From NCBI GenBank assembly GCA_040954595.2, contig CM082597.2, positions 4,469,244 to 4,533,243 on the forward strand: DNA of 64,000 bases, in the 5' to 3' direction. The DNA is from Balanoglossus misakiensis (Eukaryota; Animalia; Hemichordata). The translations under genes and the position numbers were made by a program. The notes beneath the pieces were generated by a model, which was not told the DNA's origin, ran no database searches, and was given only the letters and a program-made list of their open reading frames with translations. Below, in pieces: positions 50,886-64,000 of this stretch (the first letter of the stretch is position 1; each line of letters opens with the position of its first letter).

Positions 50886-53799
50886 ATAAACAATCACACA
50901 CCTACCCAATCACCCACCAAGTTACATAAATTTCACATAAAACTGTCTATGCATAAGTCAAAGACCTACCTGGACCATGACATCCATATCTGTGCAACCA
51001 TGGCAACAACGACACAGGATATATATTGCTTCCTTCTCGGACGCCATCTTCTCCCTGCCCTGGTGTCGCCAGGATACGCCAGGTCACATGACACGAAATT
51101 TTATTTGTTCTGTCTTCAAGTTCAAAAACATCAATGTCTGGCCTAGTCCCTCCAAATTCTTATTATGTGAAAGTACATTTTATACTTAGGCCTAGCGTCT
51201 CAGGTAGTGCTGTTTCTTCGTTCTAATTAGTATTCATATGTCGGTCAGTTTGTCGGGCCTACCTCTATCATTAACACGAGACCCCCCATCCCCCAGTTTG
51301 CTGGATGATCATCAGAAAGGCGTGCTGTACGTCCCTTGAGAGAGATTTCTTCTAGTGATGACTGGTATGCGTTGATACAAGTTCTGCAGGGCAAAATCGT
51401 CCTTTGAATGGCAGATTGGAACACTGTTTGTCATGATACACATACTGAGAACTTTATGGCACCAGATTCTTTTGATGAAGTCGTTTCTCTTGGTCCGCTT
51501 TTGCTAGCAAGCCAGTCTCGCGTCACGTGGTTGACGGTGCTGCGCAGGTAATCGGCACACATTCTCAGAATCTATCTTGCAAGTGGGTGTATTATGCGCA
51601 CGTGACAAAAGTCCACCCAATTCAAACAAGCGCGGCCCATAAACTTGAAATACCCTCCCAAAGAGCCGCACTACGACAGGCCAAAAATCCTAACAGTCGC
51701 GTGGGAAAACGTGTAAGACTACGGAGAAAGTTGGTCATTGGTAGCACTTAGCGTGAGAAACTTCACATTGGTAGTCTAGAAATGCCAAGACAGCAACTAT
51801 TGTTGAGCTGTAAGCTGGAGCAAAGAGGCTGGTGTTGTTAGTGTCGGTGACGTGTGTTTGTGTTGTTGTTGTTGCTATTGTTGTTGTTGATGGTGTCCCT
51901 CCATCAATCTACCATCTTGGGGTGCAGGTCGACAGTTTATCATAATCGGTAACACATGCGTACGACTCTTCCCGTCACGGGGAATACGTCATCACCCACC
52001 ATAGTATACTATAGATGCACCATACGAGTCCATTTGGGGGTGGCCACCACTATTGGCCGAAGTTGCCGGTTGCCAGCGTCCAAGTAGTGCGCCTCTCTAT
52101 GTCCGTGGACGAGCTGATTGATTGGTTGAGCTGGCGTCGGCGCTGAAGGCGGCGTCATGGCAACAAGGCGCAGCGTCTCAAGGTCAAGTCCCCATATGTA
52201 ATGACGCAATCCTCTTTATCAGGGCGACAGCAAAGTCTGTTGCGAAACGAAGTCGGGACATTCGAATTCGTCAAATGTTCTGACAATGGGTCTTGTGTAT
52301 TCTAAAGATAATGTATAGAAAAAAAACCTAAATCAGTTAATCGTTGAATTTTAAGATTTTAAATCACTGAATTATTGCATATTTAGTTCAAGATATAACC
52401 AACTTTATATTACCATCCCTGCATTAATTGTGACACAGTGTCTCCGATCCCATGCCATGGTATTTATAAAATCCGAGTAAACATAGCAATGTCGCTTAAT
52501 ACTGTCTGTCTCTCTGTCTGTCTGATATTGAAGGCAGGTAGAGCAGACATATTTGTAGCAAAATGGAGAACCATTGTTGCTTTTGTTAGTAAAATGATAT
52601 CCTTTCATGGTCGAGTTTGTTCCTGCGATTTCCACAATAATACAAGGATACACAGTGGCTAACTTATCTAAGAATGCTTATCATTGTTATGTTAAACAGC
52701 TGCCATTGTTTTCTAAACTAAGTAACGCGGTCATTGTTTTTAATTGTTTGGGGAAGCTCACTCAGTCGACCGTTAATTTCGATGGCATGAACCTACTTTA
52801 GAGGAAACCAATGATATTATAAGTTTTGTCGATGACGGTGGCCATTCAGAATTTATGTGATTGCTATATTTTGAGTCTATAAGGTTTCTTGAAAATTTAC
52901 CCACAAATTATTATTTTTCTGGTAATATAATATCCGTGAATGTTTTGTTACTCAGAGCTCGTGTATAGATATCGACAGTTTATTTCTGTCCTATTATTGT
53001 TAACACACGGGCCCTGTCTTCACTTTCCAGGCAACACGACCCATTCTCTTACCCCACCCTGATTTTACTATTTGCTTTACTGTCTGGCCGACACTCTGTC
53101 TGTCACCCGCACATGCCTTGACATGTTCAACTAATTATTTCCTATCATTCTGTCGATATCTTCTTCTGTCTGTGACGGCCCTGGGCATATTTCATCCGGT
53201 TCATTTACATATTTCCTACACCGATCGATCAAAATTTGTCAAATTTTATGTCTGATTATTTTGTATTGCACTTTACGACCTAAATAGTATATGAATATTA
53301 CAATTGACTGTCTGTGTGTCTGTCTGATTGTCTGTCCGCATTTTGAAAAGCATCCAGTATTGACGACATTTGCCAGAATCATCACAAAATTAAAACAGGT
53401 GATTTAGCCAACGACACCTTTAGAATAGGCATCGACAGAACAGCACAACGTGTATCAACGTCACAACCGTGCAATTTCGGAGTCACCATAGCCACAGGTA
53501 GGAAGTTCCCTTCAAACAGGGCCTACAATTCCCATTATCGTCCTAAAGGCGGTGTTGTAAGACACAGTGGATTGGGTGGAACATATCATGCTTTATGGCC
53601 AGACTTCAGTCACAATCCGAAACGTTGTTTGAAATGCCCCTAAAATTACCGAAGCAACTATCTGGAAAACATGAATACGTTTTGCTCGTAGGGTCTGTCG
53701 CGAACAAGTGGTCGTCAGTATGTCTGTCAACGTAGGTGGACGCCCGCCCTCTTTCTGTCAATCATTTTCTCAGCCTTTACGCTCCACAGCTGCCATATT

Positions 53800-54024
53800 T
53801 TAAGGGGGAAGGTCGCAGACACTGCTCATGTGTGACTTTTCTGCCAGGGGAGACTCTGCGACGCCATCCAATACATGGTGTATCAAAGTTACTTCAAAAT
53901 GTGATAAAATGAACGACGCATGCATTGTTTGCAATAATATACAATGTATTATAAAGTAACAACCATGTAGACTGTTTGACAGGATGTTCATTGTAGCAGT
54001 TTCACTTTGAGCGCCTACTAGCAA
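53800..54024 (-). mobile_element. TTAA-ended repeat family, copy C (degenerate)
   Basis: TTAAGGGGGAAGGTCG...ACTGCTCATGTGTGACTTTTCTG...CAGGGAGAC and ...AAAGTAACAACC...CATTGTAGCAGTTT...CTAGCAA match copies A and B. Confidence 0.6.
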
Positions 54025-54222
54025 TTAGAGGTCACGCTGACATGAACAGACCTAATTCTTTGGGAGGTTAAATAATAATTGTATCACAACGATATACATT
54101 ACCATATTAATTAATTAGATTAAACTATGCCAGGCAATCGATGGATTTGAGCACGAGTTTACCACGCAGTACAGTTATCATCAAAATGGCTTGGTATTTT
54201 CGTTCTCATTTGTAGGTCATTG

Positions 54223-54225
54223 TAT

Positions 54226-54272
<47 letters not shown>

Positions 54273-54275
54273 TTT
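54223..54275. repeat. (TTTA)n microsatellite
   Basis: Directly visible. Confidence 0.95.
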
Positions 54276-57200
54276 TCTGAATAATATGGGCAGGTGTCCA
54301 AAGCTGCCACCAGAGAGGGCGCTTTATAACTGACCACGCACGAGAGAGACCAGACCAGCACACATGCGCTATCAGTATTTTAATGAGTGCGAGGATATTA
54401 TAAGTAATGTCACCTTTAGTTTTAATCCAATAGTGCAACTCCCAGGCGAACAGCGATAGACATCTTTGAGCATATTTTCTGTCTGTCTGTAGTCACGAGT
54501 CACGAAAGCTTAAACAGCTCCGAGCGGTAACGCCGTCTGGAGAACCGAGCTGGGAATCTTTACGAGATGCTGCTGAGACGACGATGTGAGCGTGGTTTAT
54601 ATTGTCGGCAGCTTGTCAACTGTCAACGGCGTCAAGATTCTGACTGACAAGGATCGCATGTCAAAAAGGAGCGGGAGTTTTGTCCTATTATAACACGCTA
54701 ATAATCACTCGTCGAGTAGTACAGAGGCGTGTTGCACCACGACACGGGTCTCGTCCATCAATATCTGCACTGCCCACGCCCGGCAACGCAACCCCCCCCC
54801 CCCCCTCCATTTTTCAACGTTCTGCCCCCAAAACAAAAATGCAAGCAACAATATGTTTATATGGCTTTGTTTTTAGACTTGGGGATTTCTAATTAACCGG
54901 CCTTTAAATTTCGCCTATTTTTTACGTAAATGACCTCAAGATATTTAAAAATGTCACTAGAAATCCCTAATAATTGGGGATTTTTGAAGTACATGTATAC
55001 AATTGGAGCCTATACATGGTTTTGAACTTTCGAATCCCTGTTTGGGAGTACCCCCTCCCCGGGACAATCAACCACAATTTGAAGTCTATGAAGCTATCCA
55101 TTACCATCATGCACGATAACACAATTGCCTACCGGGCCAACATGACCGCAAACGTTAACCGCAGACAGACGTCAATAGACTGTGACCTTGACATCAAAAG
55201 CCCTGCAGTGCCCGTGGGGATTAGCGCGATTATCGCCCCATTAGGCAAACCTCTTTGTGTTCCTATCGACTTAAACGACTTGCGGTTGGATGGCCATACC
55301 GCGCTCACTAGAGCCTGGATGATGTGTGTACTTGGCCATAAGCTCACATTCCATGAGCTGCAACTCGATAAAAAATAGCTTGAAATAACCTCGGCTATGC
55401 TTTCAATTCTGTCTATTAAATGATATTGAACACTTATGACAAAATTGCCACTATATATGAAAGAAATAAGACAGTTGATATGGTATCCCTTAGGTGTCGC
55501 GTCAATTTTTGATCAACCTATACCCCCTTGTTACGTAATAATAACACGTCCGCCATGTTATTAGTACTAGGATTGAATTGAGCTGCATCGGTGATTATCG
55601 GTGAACCTCGTCGTTGTCGGTAGAAAGCATCATAGTTTTTTGTCGATGAGGGCGTTATCAAGATACCCACGGTGATAATTATAGCGCAAGTCCACGTGGT
55701 CGTCCCCTCGATCGAATGTAGATGGTGCATGTTTCTAGAAATAGCAGCACGTCGGCAGTTGACTTTGTTAGGAGAATTTTTTGGATAGAGAACGAAATTG
55801 GGTGCATTGTGAACACTAGATGGTTCTTTCTGCTGCAATTCCATTCGTTTGTGTTCCGTGATGTCGCGAGCATCATAGGCCATCGTTTTCGGAGACAATT
55901 TGTGTTGGGATCAGTCATGTAGACTTCTATACAGAGACCACCATAATGTACAATTAGTAATTGCAATTTTTGTCCCCATAAGAAGGGTGTTATTCCACCA
56001 ACTCCACCCATGAGACATACACATGTGGTTCATACCCATGCATGCACGATTCGACGCACATTTCGACGCTTGATGATGGACATCCTGAATAACGGAAGGA
56101 ATGCGCCCCCTACGTCAATATTGCGGTGATAATAACCGGAAGTCAATAACTTCAACTACATCTGGTTACAGCATGGTACATTTGTATTAGCAGTTGCAAT
56201 ATAGTAGCAGTTTATGGGGGTATTTCGTAGAATAATAACCTATATTGCAAATAACAGATCCTCTGGTGAACCGTTGATCATCCTGACCTAAACATTTCGA
56301 ACTAAATTAGCTCATTAAGTAATATTGCAGGTGCTTTTCATTAAAACAGATATGAACGCGGCCAATAACCCCCCCCAATAAATCCTCTATCAACCCCCCC
56401 CCTCCCCCAAGAAATCAAATGGTTCTCTCCTAATAAGTAGATATCGATGTACCGGTGATTGGTTCACAACGGAACAGCACAGGTCATGTGAAGCAGCTGT
56501 CTGGGTCACCACAGATTAACACATCCACTTCACTGGGCAAAACACTGTGGGGAGACACCATTTGCATATTGTCTGGAGCAAGCTCGCGAACCACTCAGAC
56601 AAACGTAACAAGATTACATACATGCATAGCATAACGGATATTAGACCTGGCGGTACCTTCTACATTGTACAATTATAATCTATTCATATGTCACTGAATT
56701 ACAACATAGACCACTGTAGGCCAGCTCCCAAAACAGCCACCACCAACTGTGTCCAACGTTTTAAATACATGTTTTTTTTTACTTGTTATACAGTTTTAAG
56801 AAATGTAGGTTTCTTGGGCATGGTTTTCCAGAGAATGCCGCCGTCCTTGGCCCACTTAAAAGTCGGTAATTCCAACGTAATAAGTCAAAATAACGAATAA
56901 TCAATTAACTCGCAAATTAATAATGGATTGCAGTCGGATATTTAAATTACACAACATATACAAACAACAGAAGCGGAAATTGTTTGCAAGTCATGACAAG
57001 ACTACAAAAGTGTCTGGCAACAATATTCTGGCATGTATGCAGTTGATATCGACACAAAAGGCAAACTCACCGATTCCATTTTGATGGAAATTTCCCTTCT
57101 GGTATAGAAAAGCAAGTGCGCAACCACTAGTTTCTTGGTCTGTTACCTGAAACACGTTAAAATAAATGAAAATTTGACTTGCTATCACAAATTATACATG

Positions 57201-60200
57201 TTGGTGCATCGTTTGTTGTTATCCGAAGTTTCACCGTTCAGCAAGATAAAAGTAAGTACAAAAGAGGTAACACATACAAAGTTTGTGCGCATATTCTATT
57301 TTGATTGCGAGAAATACGCTTTTAAAAGGCTCTGCGTGTGTCGACGAACTCAGCTTTTGCGATAGCTCAATATCTCAAATTGTGGTGTAGGATTTAGTAA
57401 ATTAAAGCGTGTTGGCGGAAATGGCGGCAGATGCCTGCTAAAGAACGATCTGTGAGAGGTTCTGAGGCGTCAAAGATTTCAAAGCGCCGAACGACGGTAA
57501 AGAAGCGCTAAAACCGCGGCAAGACTGCAAATGCTCAAAGCTAGCTAAAATTCTAATAGAATAAAAGCGTGGTGCGTGTAACTCTCATTTGCGTAGATAA
57601 TCGAGACTCGAGTGGCAGTGTTCATAGCCAGACAGGACAATTTCGTACTGGTGGAAACTATCTCGTTCTTTCTGTCTTTTAAATGTGAAAAAATGTGTTT
57701 CCTCTAACGATGTCGCGTCCTTTTCTGGACAAATAGCAGCAGCGGCGTTGAGCGAAACGCCAGTTCCTGATGTACCAACTAACAGCAGGCGGACATGACG
57801 GCAACATTCAATGATTTTCGCTCAGATACACATGTGTTGCGATTATTGTTTTCTTGTCTGCTCATTGATCTGATTGGTCCATTGCCTGAGTTACAGCTGT
57901 ATAATTAAGCTTTATCAAGGGTATATGTAAATTGTAACAACGCTTGTGAATGGCTACGATGAAGTGAATGCTGGAACAATGGGCAACATTGACGACAGAG
58001 CGCCATATTGAGTCGCCGATATCATCTGCAGTTTGGTCGTTCCTTACCGTGGTATCCAGACCGCAGTGTGTTTTAGATTCACATACAGGGCCTAGACACG
58101 CAGTCTACTCTCGTCGTTTTTGAAAAAAAATTGCATGGCAATAGAAGTCAAAATGCGATGCCTCGGCAACGAGCTCACCACATGGTCTTGACTCTGACGT
58201 TGTTCAAGTCAATCACCTTACGCGACACACTACTGATTGGCCGAGCAACGACCAGGGCGTTGCTAATAGTTGGAAAATAATTAGCATTAATTAGCAACAT
58301 CTGTTCCACGGTAATATTTAAAGTTGCGTTCCGTTGTTGTTTCGTTTCCGTTGGCCTAACTGGAGAAGATCTGACTTGATCAACTTGGTAACAAATTCAG
58401 GCGCCCGTATCTGCAATACCATTAATGAACAGCCTCATTAAGGCAAATTCAAAATGATTTCGAAGCACTTTCGATGACTTTACCATCGACTGCCTTCGCT
58501 AAGAACATTGTCTGGCGTCGTGCTCCAATTGCCATGCAGTATTCGATATTCGACTGATGTTTCGCGATGCATGCTATATGAGGGGGCGCATGAAAATGGC
58601 GCTATATGTGTTGACTATTTTGGTGATATGGGTATGGGTGGGGTGGTGCTATGCAGTGTTAGCTCACTACTAGCGTTAGGAGTTCGTCACAGACATGATT
58701 TCGTTACCATCCCGCCACTTTATACACCGCTGGTTGTCATAATGGCGGATCATGAAATGCCAAGTGTTTGCAGACAGACCATACGTGACGAGGAAACTGA
58801 TACACAGATCACAGTAGGCAGACGACAATTTGTACTGACTTTGCACCACTTGGTCACACATTTTACGTTCTCCGCTATATGTATGGGCAAAATGAACATT
58901 TATTTCTTGCTAGGGTAACTGTCTCTCTATCTACAAGTTGTGGGCGTTCTAGATTGATTGAAGATAGACAATGAAAAGTAACGACGGTAAACACTTTAGC
59001 TTGATAATTTAGTGCCCCCCCCCCCCACAAACTCTGTGCATCCAATAAATTGAATGGATGGATTACGTGTGCATTGGTTTTTTTTCCGACAAGTTATCAA
59101 ATTCCGTAAAAACTGCTGGCACGTTACAGAATTTACGAATCGCCCTTCTGTTTTAAGAATTCCATTAAAGTCTTCGGGATATCTCGATAAAATGTAGGTA
59201 AATGTGAAAGAATACGAAATTGTGTTTTATAAGCAAAGACATTATTTTAAAAAAGGTCGTTCTCCTGGTCATGGCTTCCTTCCAAAGAAACGTCGGCGAC
59301 GAGTGTTTTTTTACCTGCGGTCGTCGTCAAGCTAATGTAAGTTACACATAATTGGCAAACCGAAAAAAGGTCGAAGCTTTTAAAGTGCAGGATGTGGGTG
59401 GCGATCAGAAACAACTCAATTTGGCCCAGTAGGGCTTGAGAATTCACGACAAAGAACTGTGTACACGTCAAAAATGGCGACGCATGACTGTAAGTTAGGA
59501 CAGTCTGTCGCCGTGTGAATCTATTACACGTAGTTTGTGTAGACTTTGCGACAAGGCAGCTGCTGCCGTTTCGATGTGACTTCACCGAGCCAGAAATGTC
59601 GGGTGGATTTAGAGAAAAAATAACGACGTTTGAGTAGACAGACAGTAAGACGAACAGGCCAGACATGATGTGAACTCACAGCAATTACTCATGAACAGAC
59701 ACACTTGAGGAGTCGGATCGATAATCAATTCAGGATGAGATTTGAATTCACAAACAGGACAACGTAGCCCTTTCAAATATTTCCTTTGGATTCACATTCT
59801 CTGAAGGGAAATAAAACACCTTGCTCGTCTGTGCAGTCTCAGACAACATGAAGAGACGCTTTTTTTGTTCTAGGCGCAGAAGGAGGCCCAGAGTAAATGG
59901 GGTATACCGTTCTGTCTACTACTTCTCTGTTATAGAACAGAGGAATGCAATAAAACAGTTTCTATATCGATTAGACCTCATGTACCCCTCTTCAGTAATT
60001 AAGCAATTACAAACGCAATTAGTGTATTGAATTTTCTCAGAGAGCAAATGTCAAGAAGTTCACTAACCTCCACCTATTCTTTTTGTTTGTTGTGTCTGCA
60101 GTCTCGTCAACAAATCGTTAACATATTGCAAGCCGGTGACCGTCTGGCCTCGACGTGGATAGTTCATCGACCTGACGACATGTTCTGTCCTGACATAACA

Positions 60201-63200
60201 ATGGGTCTCTCAACCATGTCATCCCTATATACACGCCAGACCCCCCGCGTCGCTACAATCCTATCTTTGTCTCGTTTATATAAAAGTCGCTGTCTACCAT
60301 GCTCTCCTTTCCACGGTTACGCCCATTTTAATCCTAATGTTACTTTTTCTTCTCTAACGTTCTTTTCTTTCCTAATATTATGATGCTATTAATAAACTCC
60401 ACTAACCCCCCCCCCCCCCCCATTTTTCTTATTGACTTTCAAATTGACAAAGCCGAACTCAAGAAGTTTTATGCCATGTTGCTTATTTCGACTGAAATGA
60501 AATTCTGTGTTCTGTAAAGAAATGGTATCAAATCCTTTGGGTGCATAATAACATATTTCGCTGGAATATGATATTTTAATATCAACTACAATTGGCATCT
60601 CCCGGAAAATGATCGCTATTTATAGATTAATTTTGTTTATATCATTCGCCAACCTGGGCGATATCTACCACTGGCCAAGTCAACCGCACACATCACCAAT
60701 GTCATCGTTTGAGGCGCACTTTAAGCATGCTCGACCGATCAGCATGTAAACAGTGTGCATTGAAGTTAGCCCGAGTAATTTGCTGGGTCTGATGAATTTA
60801 TAATTGTGTCAGTCATACTTGCATATTTGGATGATTCTAATGTTGAAAATAAAATCATGCAAAAATGCAAAAAAACGGGAAGCTAGTGGGGCTTTAATAA
60901 CAATTTGATGCTGGGTTGATCAGCACGCTCAACAGTTGGTGAAATGTCGCTCGTTTAGGTGATTGTGTTGTTCATAATTTCAAAACGTTTACAGTAACAT
61001 AAGTTACTTGTGTGGAAGTAATTTGTGAGATAAAATCTCTGCATATAGACGAGCAAGAAAACGCGCAGAGCAGGACAGCGACCCCACTGGTTCTTATCAA
61101 CAGTTTCCCTTGGTAGAAGGGGTATTTACAGGGCCTACTTTTGCCAGGAGAAGCCGCCTGACAGAGAAGTTCCCTCGTGATTCATCTCCAGCTCGTCACA
61201 GTCCCATAAAAAGCAGTATTTTGTCTGACCCCAAAACCACACAGGTCAGCAGCCGGCGGTTACCGCTGTCTGTCAATGGAAGCGATACAACGCCAGCGCC
61301 TCACTCGACTGGCTGCCGAACTTTCCGCGCGTGACCGACAGCCTGCCCGCGTTTCTCCCGCCATTGCAACTGGGGTCAGGGGTCACACACTTGCCTTCGC
61401 AACCAACCGACTGAGGTCATCAGTAATACTTGCGCGAGACCAAAATTAATGTGAAACGTCTGCTACGCATATCGGCCCTTCTACATCTGTTGCTAGCGTG
61501 CGACAATCGACACTAGCTTGAATACATATTTGTAAATAACACATTAATTTGCTGACTGACAGAAGCTGTGACGTCACTCCAAACGGACCAGAGGCAGAGA
61601 TATACAATAGATGACAAAAAACAGCGAAAAGACAAGTTACTCACGAAGTTTTCGTGTCGGTAGGCTACCTTGACAAAAAAACGACGTGCTGTTAAATTAT
61701 ACAACGAGAGCTGAATTAAATATATCCCAACATTGTCCCCTTTAATATTTATTTCCATTGCACATCAATTCGATTTATTCGAATTATCAAGATATCCTAA
61801 TATATTTTTCTTCATAGTACGGTACCAATCATATTCTTCGCGAGCTTTGATACCAATGTCTGAAATCCTGTTCACTGTTATTCTCAAAAAAGCAAATTTC
61901 ATTACAGTACACATGCAGGTCAGACCATTGTCTGGTAGCCGAGAGAAAGAAATTTTCCAGACATGCAAACTGGGACACAATACGACATTACCCTAGATAC
62001 TATTCTAGTCTAAACAGTTGATAAATTACAGCATCGCGATACTGCCGCGACGCGCGTATGGCACAAATTCTGAGGCCACACCCGGTGACGACACAAACTG
62101 CTGGGCAACGACGTGTCGGATGCTCAGAGGAATGTGCAAAAACCACGAAAATGCAATTTTTCTTGGTATCCTTTGAAGGTGAAGGAATGCAAGACGGTGC
62201 AAATCGCCATAACAGAAGCAATGTCAAGTGTCATTGTTCACTGGGTGACGTCACATATATGGAAATAATGACAGCTTGATTATCGAACGTTTCGACTTCC
62301 CAAATGTGCCCAAATCTCAGAATTTTCAGAATTTAATATTCAAGATGCTTTTTCTATGATTTTTATCATTTCCGTCAAAATGCACTGTGACAACCACGCT
62401 CGGAAATAGTCATATTATTTGTCTCTTTGGGATGGGTGGGTGTTTCCTCTACAACCCAACAACATCCAGAGTGTTCCCCACCCCTATGAAAATGGTACAA
62501 CCGTGGCAGGACGAAAACTATTTACCTGTTGTTTTTAGGTCTGGTTATTGTCACAAAAAAAACTAGGCGTCTGCATTTATTTTGTCTGGCAGACTACATT
62601 AATTAGGCCATGGAACACATCACAACACGTTTCGTCTGGCACCTCTGGCGACCTTTCAACACTCCAGATGCAACACGGTCTACTGAATTGAAAATCTGTC
62701 GAAATATTGAAAACGGTCGGGTTATTTGATTTCTAGTGGCTCGGGGATTAGTGAAACCGCTGATGTTTTTAAGTCTGTGATCGTTATGAAACGAGAGAAA
62801 ATAAGATTGACCGGGATTAGGAGAGATAGTAAACCTGTGTACCGCCAGGATCGAATATTTGCATTCAAATTGAACGGATGTCTTGTGCAGACGACAATAT
62901 TTGTCTCGTCATAATTTGTGATCAGTTGGTTTCGCGCCAATTTGGTCACTGTTTTTACTCTGACACGGAATTTTTCACACGTGTACCATACATCCCGAAA
63001 TACTTTCCTCGTCCGTACATGATTGTATACCAGTCTTTCTGATAGTGAGAGAAATGGGCCAGTATTACCCCCAACTGTTGTCTCGAATTGTTTTTTTTTC
63101 AGCACACATGTATATACTATTATTGTTATGACCTAAATTCTGTCCAGACTAAATCATTTATCATCAATATACATTTTTCTGTGACAAGTAGAATAGAACT

Positions 63201-64000
63201 TTATTAAATAATATTGAGAAAGTTGTGGCTAATCATACTTAACAATTGCGTTTCCTATTAAAATGTTTCAGAAAACGCCCAGTATCGATTTAGGTCACGA
63301 TTTGTTGTCGGTAGGACGAAACAATGCCTTGTTGGAGAAAACAGCGCCCCTTATACTTGGCACAACAAGTGAACAACTTCCGGAAGACCGGCCGACACTC
63401 TCCCATCTGTACAGGTAGCACATGTGTATTCCCTAACGCAACAAGACCTGCATGCCGATGACTAGCAATAGAATATTTCGTGAATGTCTGCAAAGAAACG
63501 CTTGCAGACGGTCGTTGACGTTGCGGTGACGTCACGAAGGAACCTTTAAAGATCAATTCATTTCCCTGGCGGTTATGATAAAAGGCACACATTTCCTTTC
63601 TCGTCTGGCGCGCGTGTGTCGCCATCTTTTCCAGAGCAGTCTGTCGTCTGAATACAGGAGCGAAATAATTTTAAAATATCGGTTAAGCCGCTACAAGATA
63701 AAGAGAACACACAGACCCTCACGTCAGCCTATTGCTCCAACTTTAATCTACCTTCTTATCAGATGGAAAATTGCAATTTCTTATAATATTGGGTGTCGTT
63801 TGGCGCCTTTTCGTAACCTGGCGACCTTGGCTGCTGATAGCTGAAGCGCGCCAGATGGTCACGTGTTGCAATCCCGTCATGGTAGTCGTAGATGTTGAGG
63901 TTGTCTCCGTGCAAAAGTTTAAATGTGAGCACCCTTAGGCCGAGTTTTGAAATAGCCATATCCCGATTCGTATCTGGTATCAGAAATTTACTTCTGGCGA

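Noticed and set aside
54974-60383. 110-139-aa ORFs in the right-hand region
   Set aside because: No recognisable domains, random-like composition, overlapping on both strands, and no convincing exon structure.

Overview
AT-rich, intron-containing animal DNA. It is probably an invertebrate deuterostome (ambulacrarian or hemichordate-like); this is inferred from the single miR-100/let-7/miR-125 set and the repeat types and is not proven. Nearly all ORFs in the supplied track look spurious. The centre of the window is a complete, dispersed let-7-Complex on the minus strand: miR-100 (28.7 kb), then let-7 (22.2 kb), then miR-125 (12.8 kb). All three have canonical mature sequences and foldable hairpins. 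They lie in what appears to be a spliced, polyadenylated non-coding host transcript ending near 11.0 kb. miR-125 appears exonic, while miR-100 sits just inside an intron. The left end holds the first two coding exons of TMEM145 (minus strand) with an RFX X-box/E-box promoter. Between TMEM145 and the cluster lies a 3.2-kb internally deleted Academ-type DNA transposon with modular foldback TIRs, a TCAA target duplication and a Cys-rich transposase remnant. I recognised no coding exons from 29 to 64 kb. That region and the host introns carry many perfect nuclear-receptor direct repeats (DR1/DR2/DR4), E2F and CRE motifs and candidate first exons, which suggests a hormone-responsive developmental-timing regulatory landscape. 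All splice, promoter and motif interpretations were read by eye and need expression or binding data.
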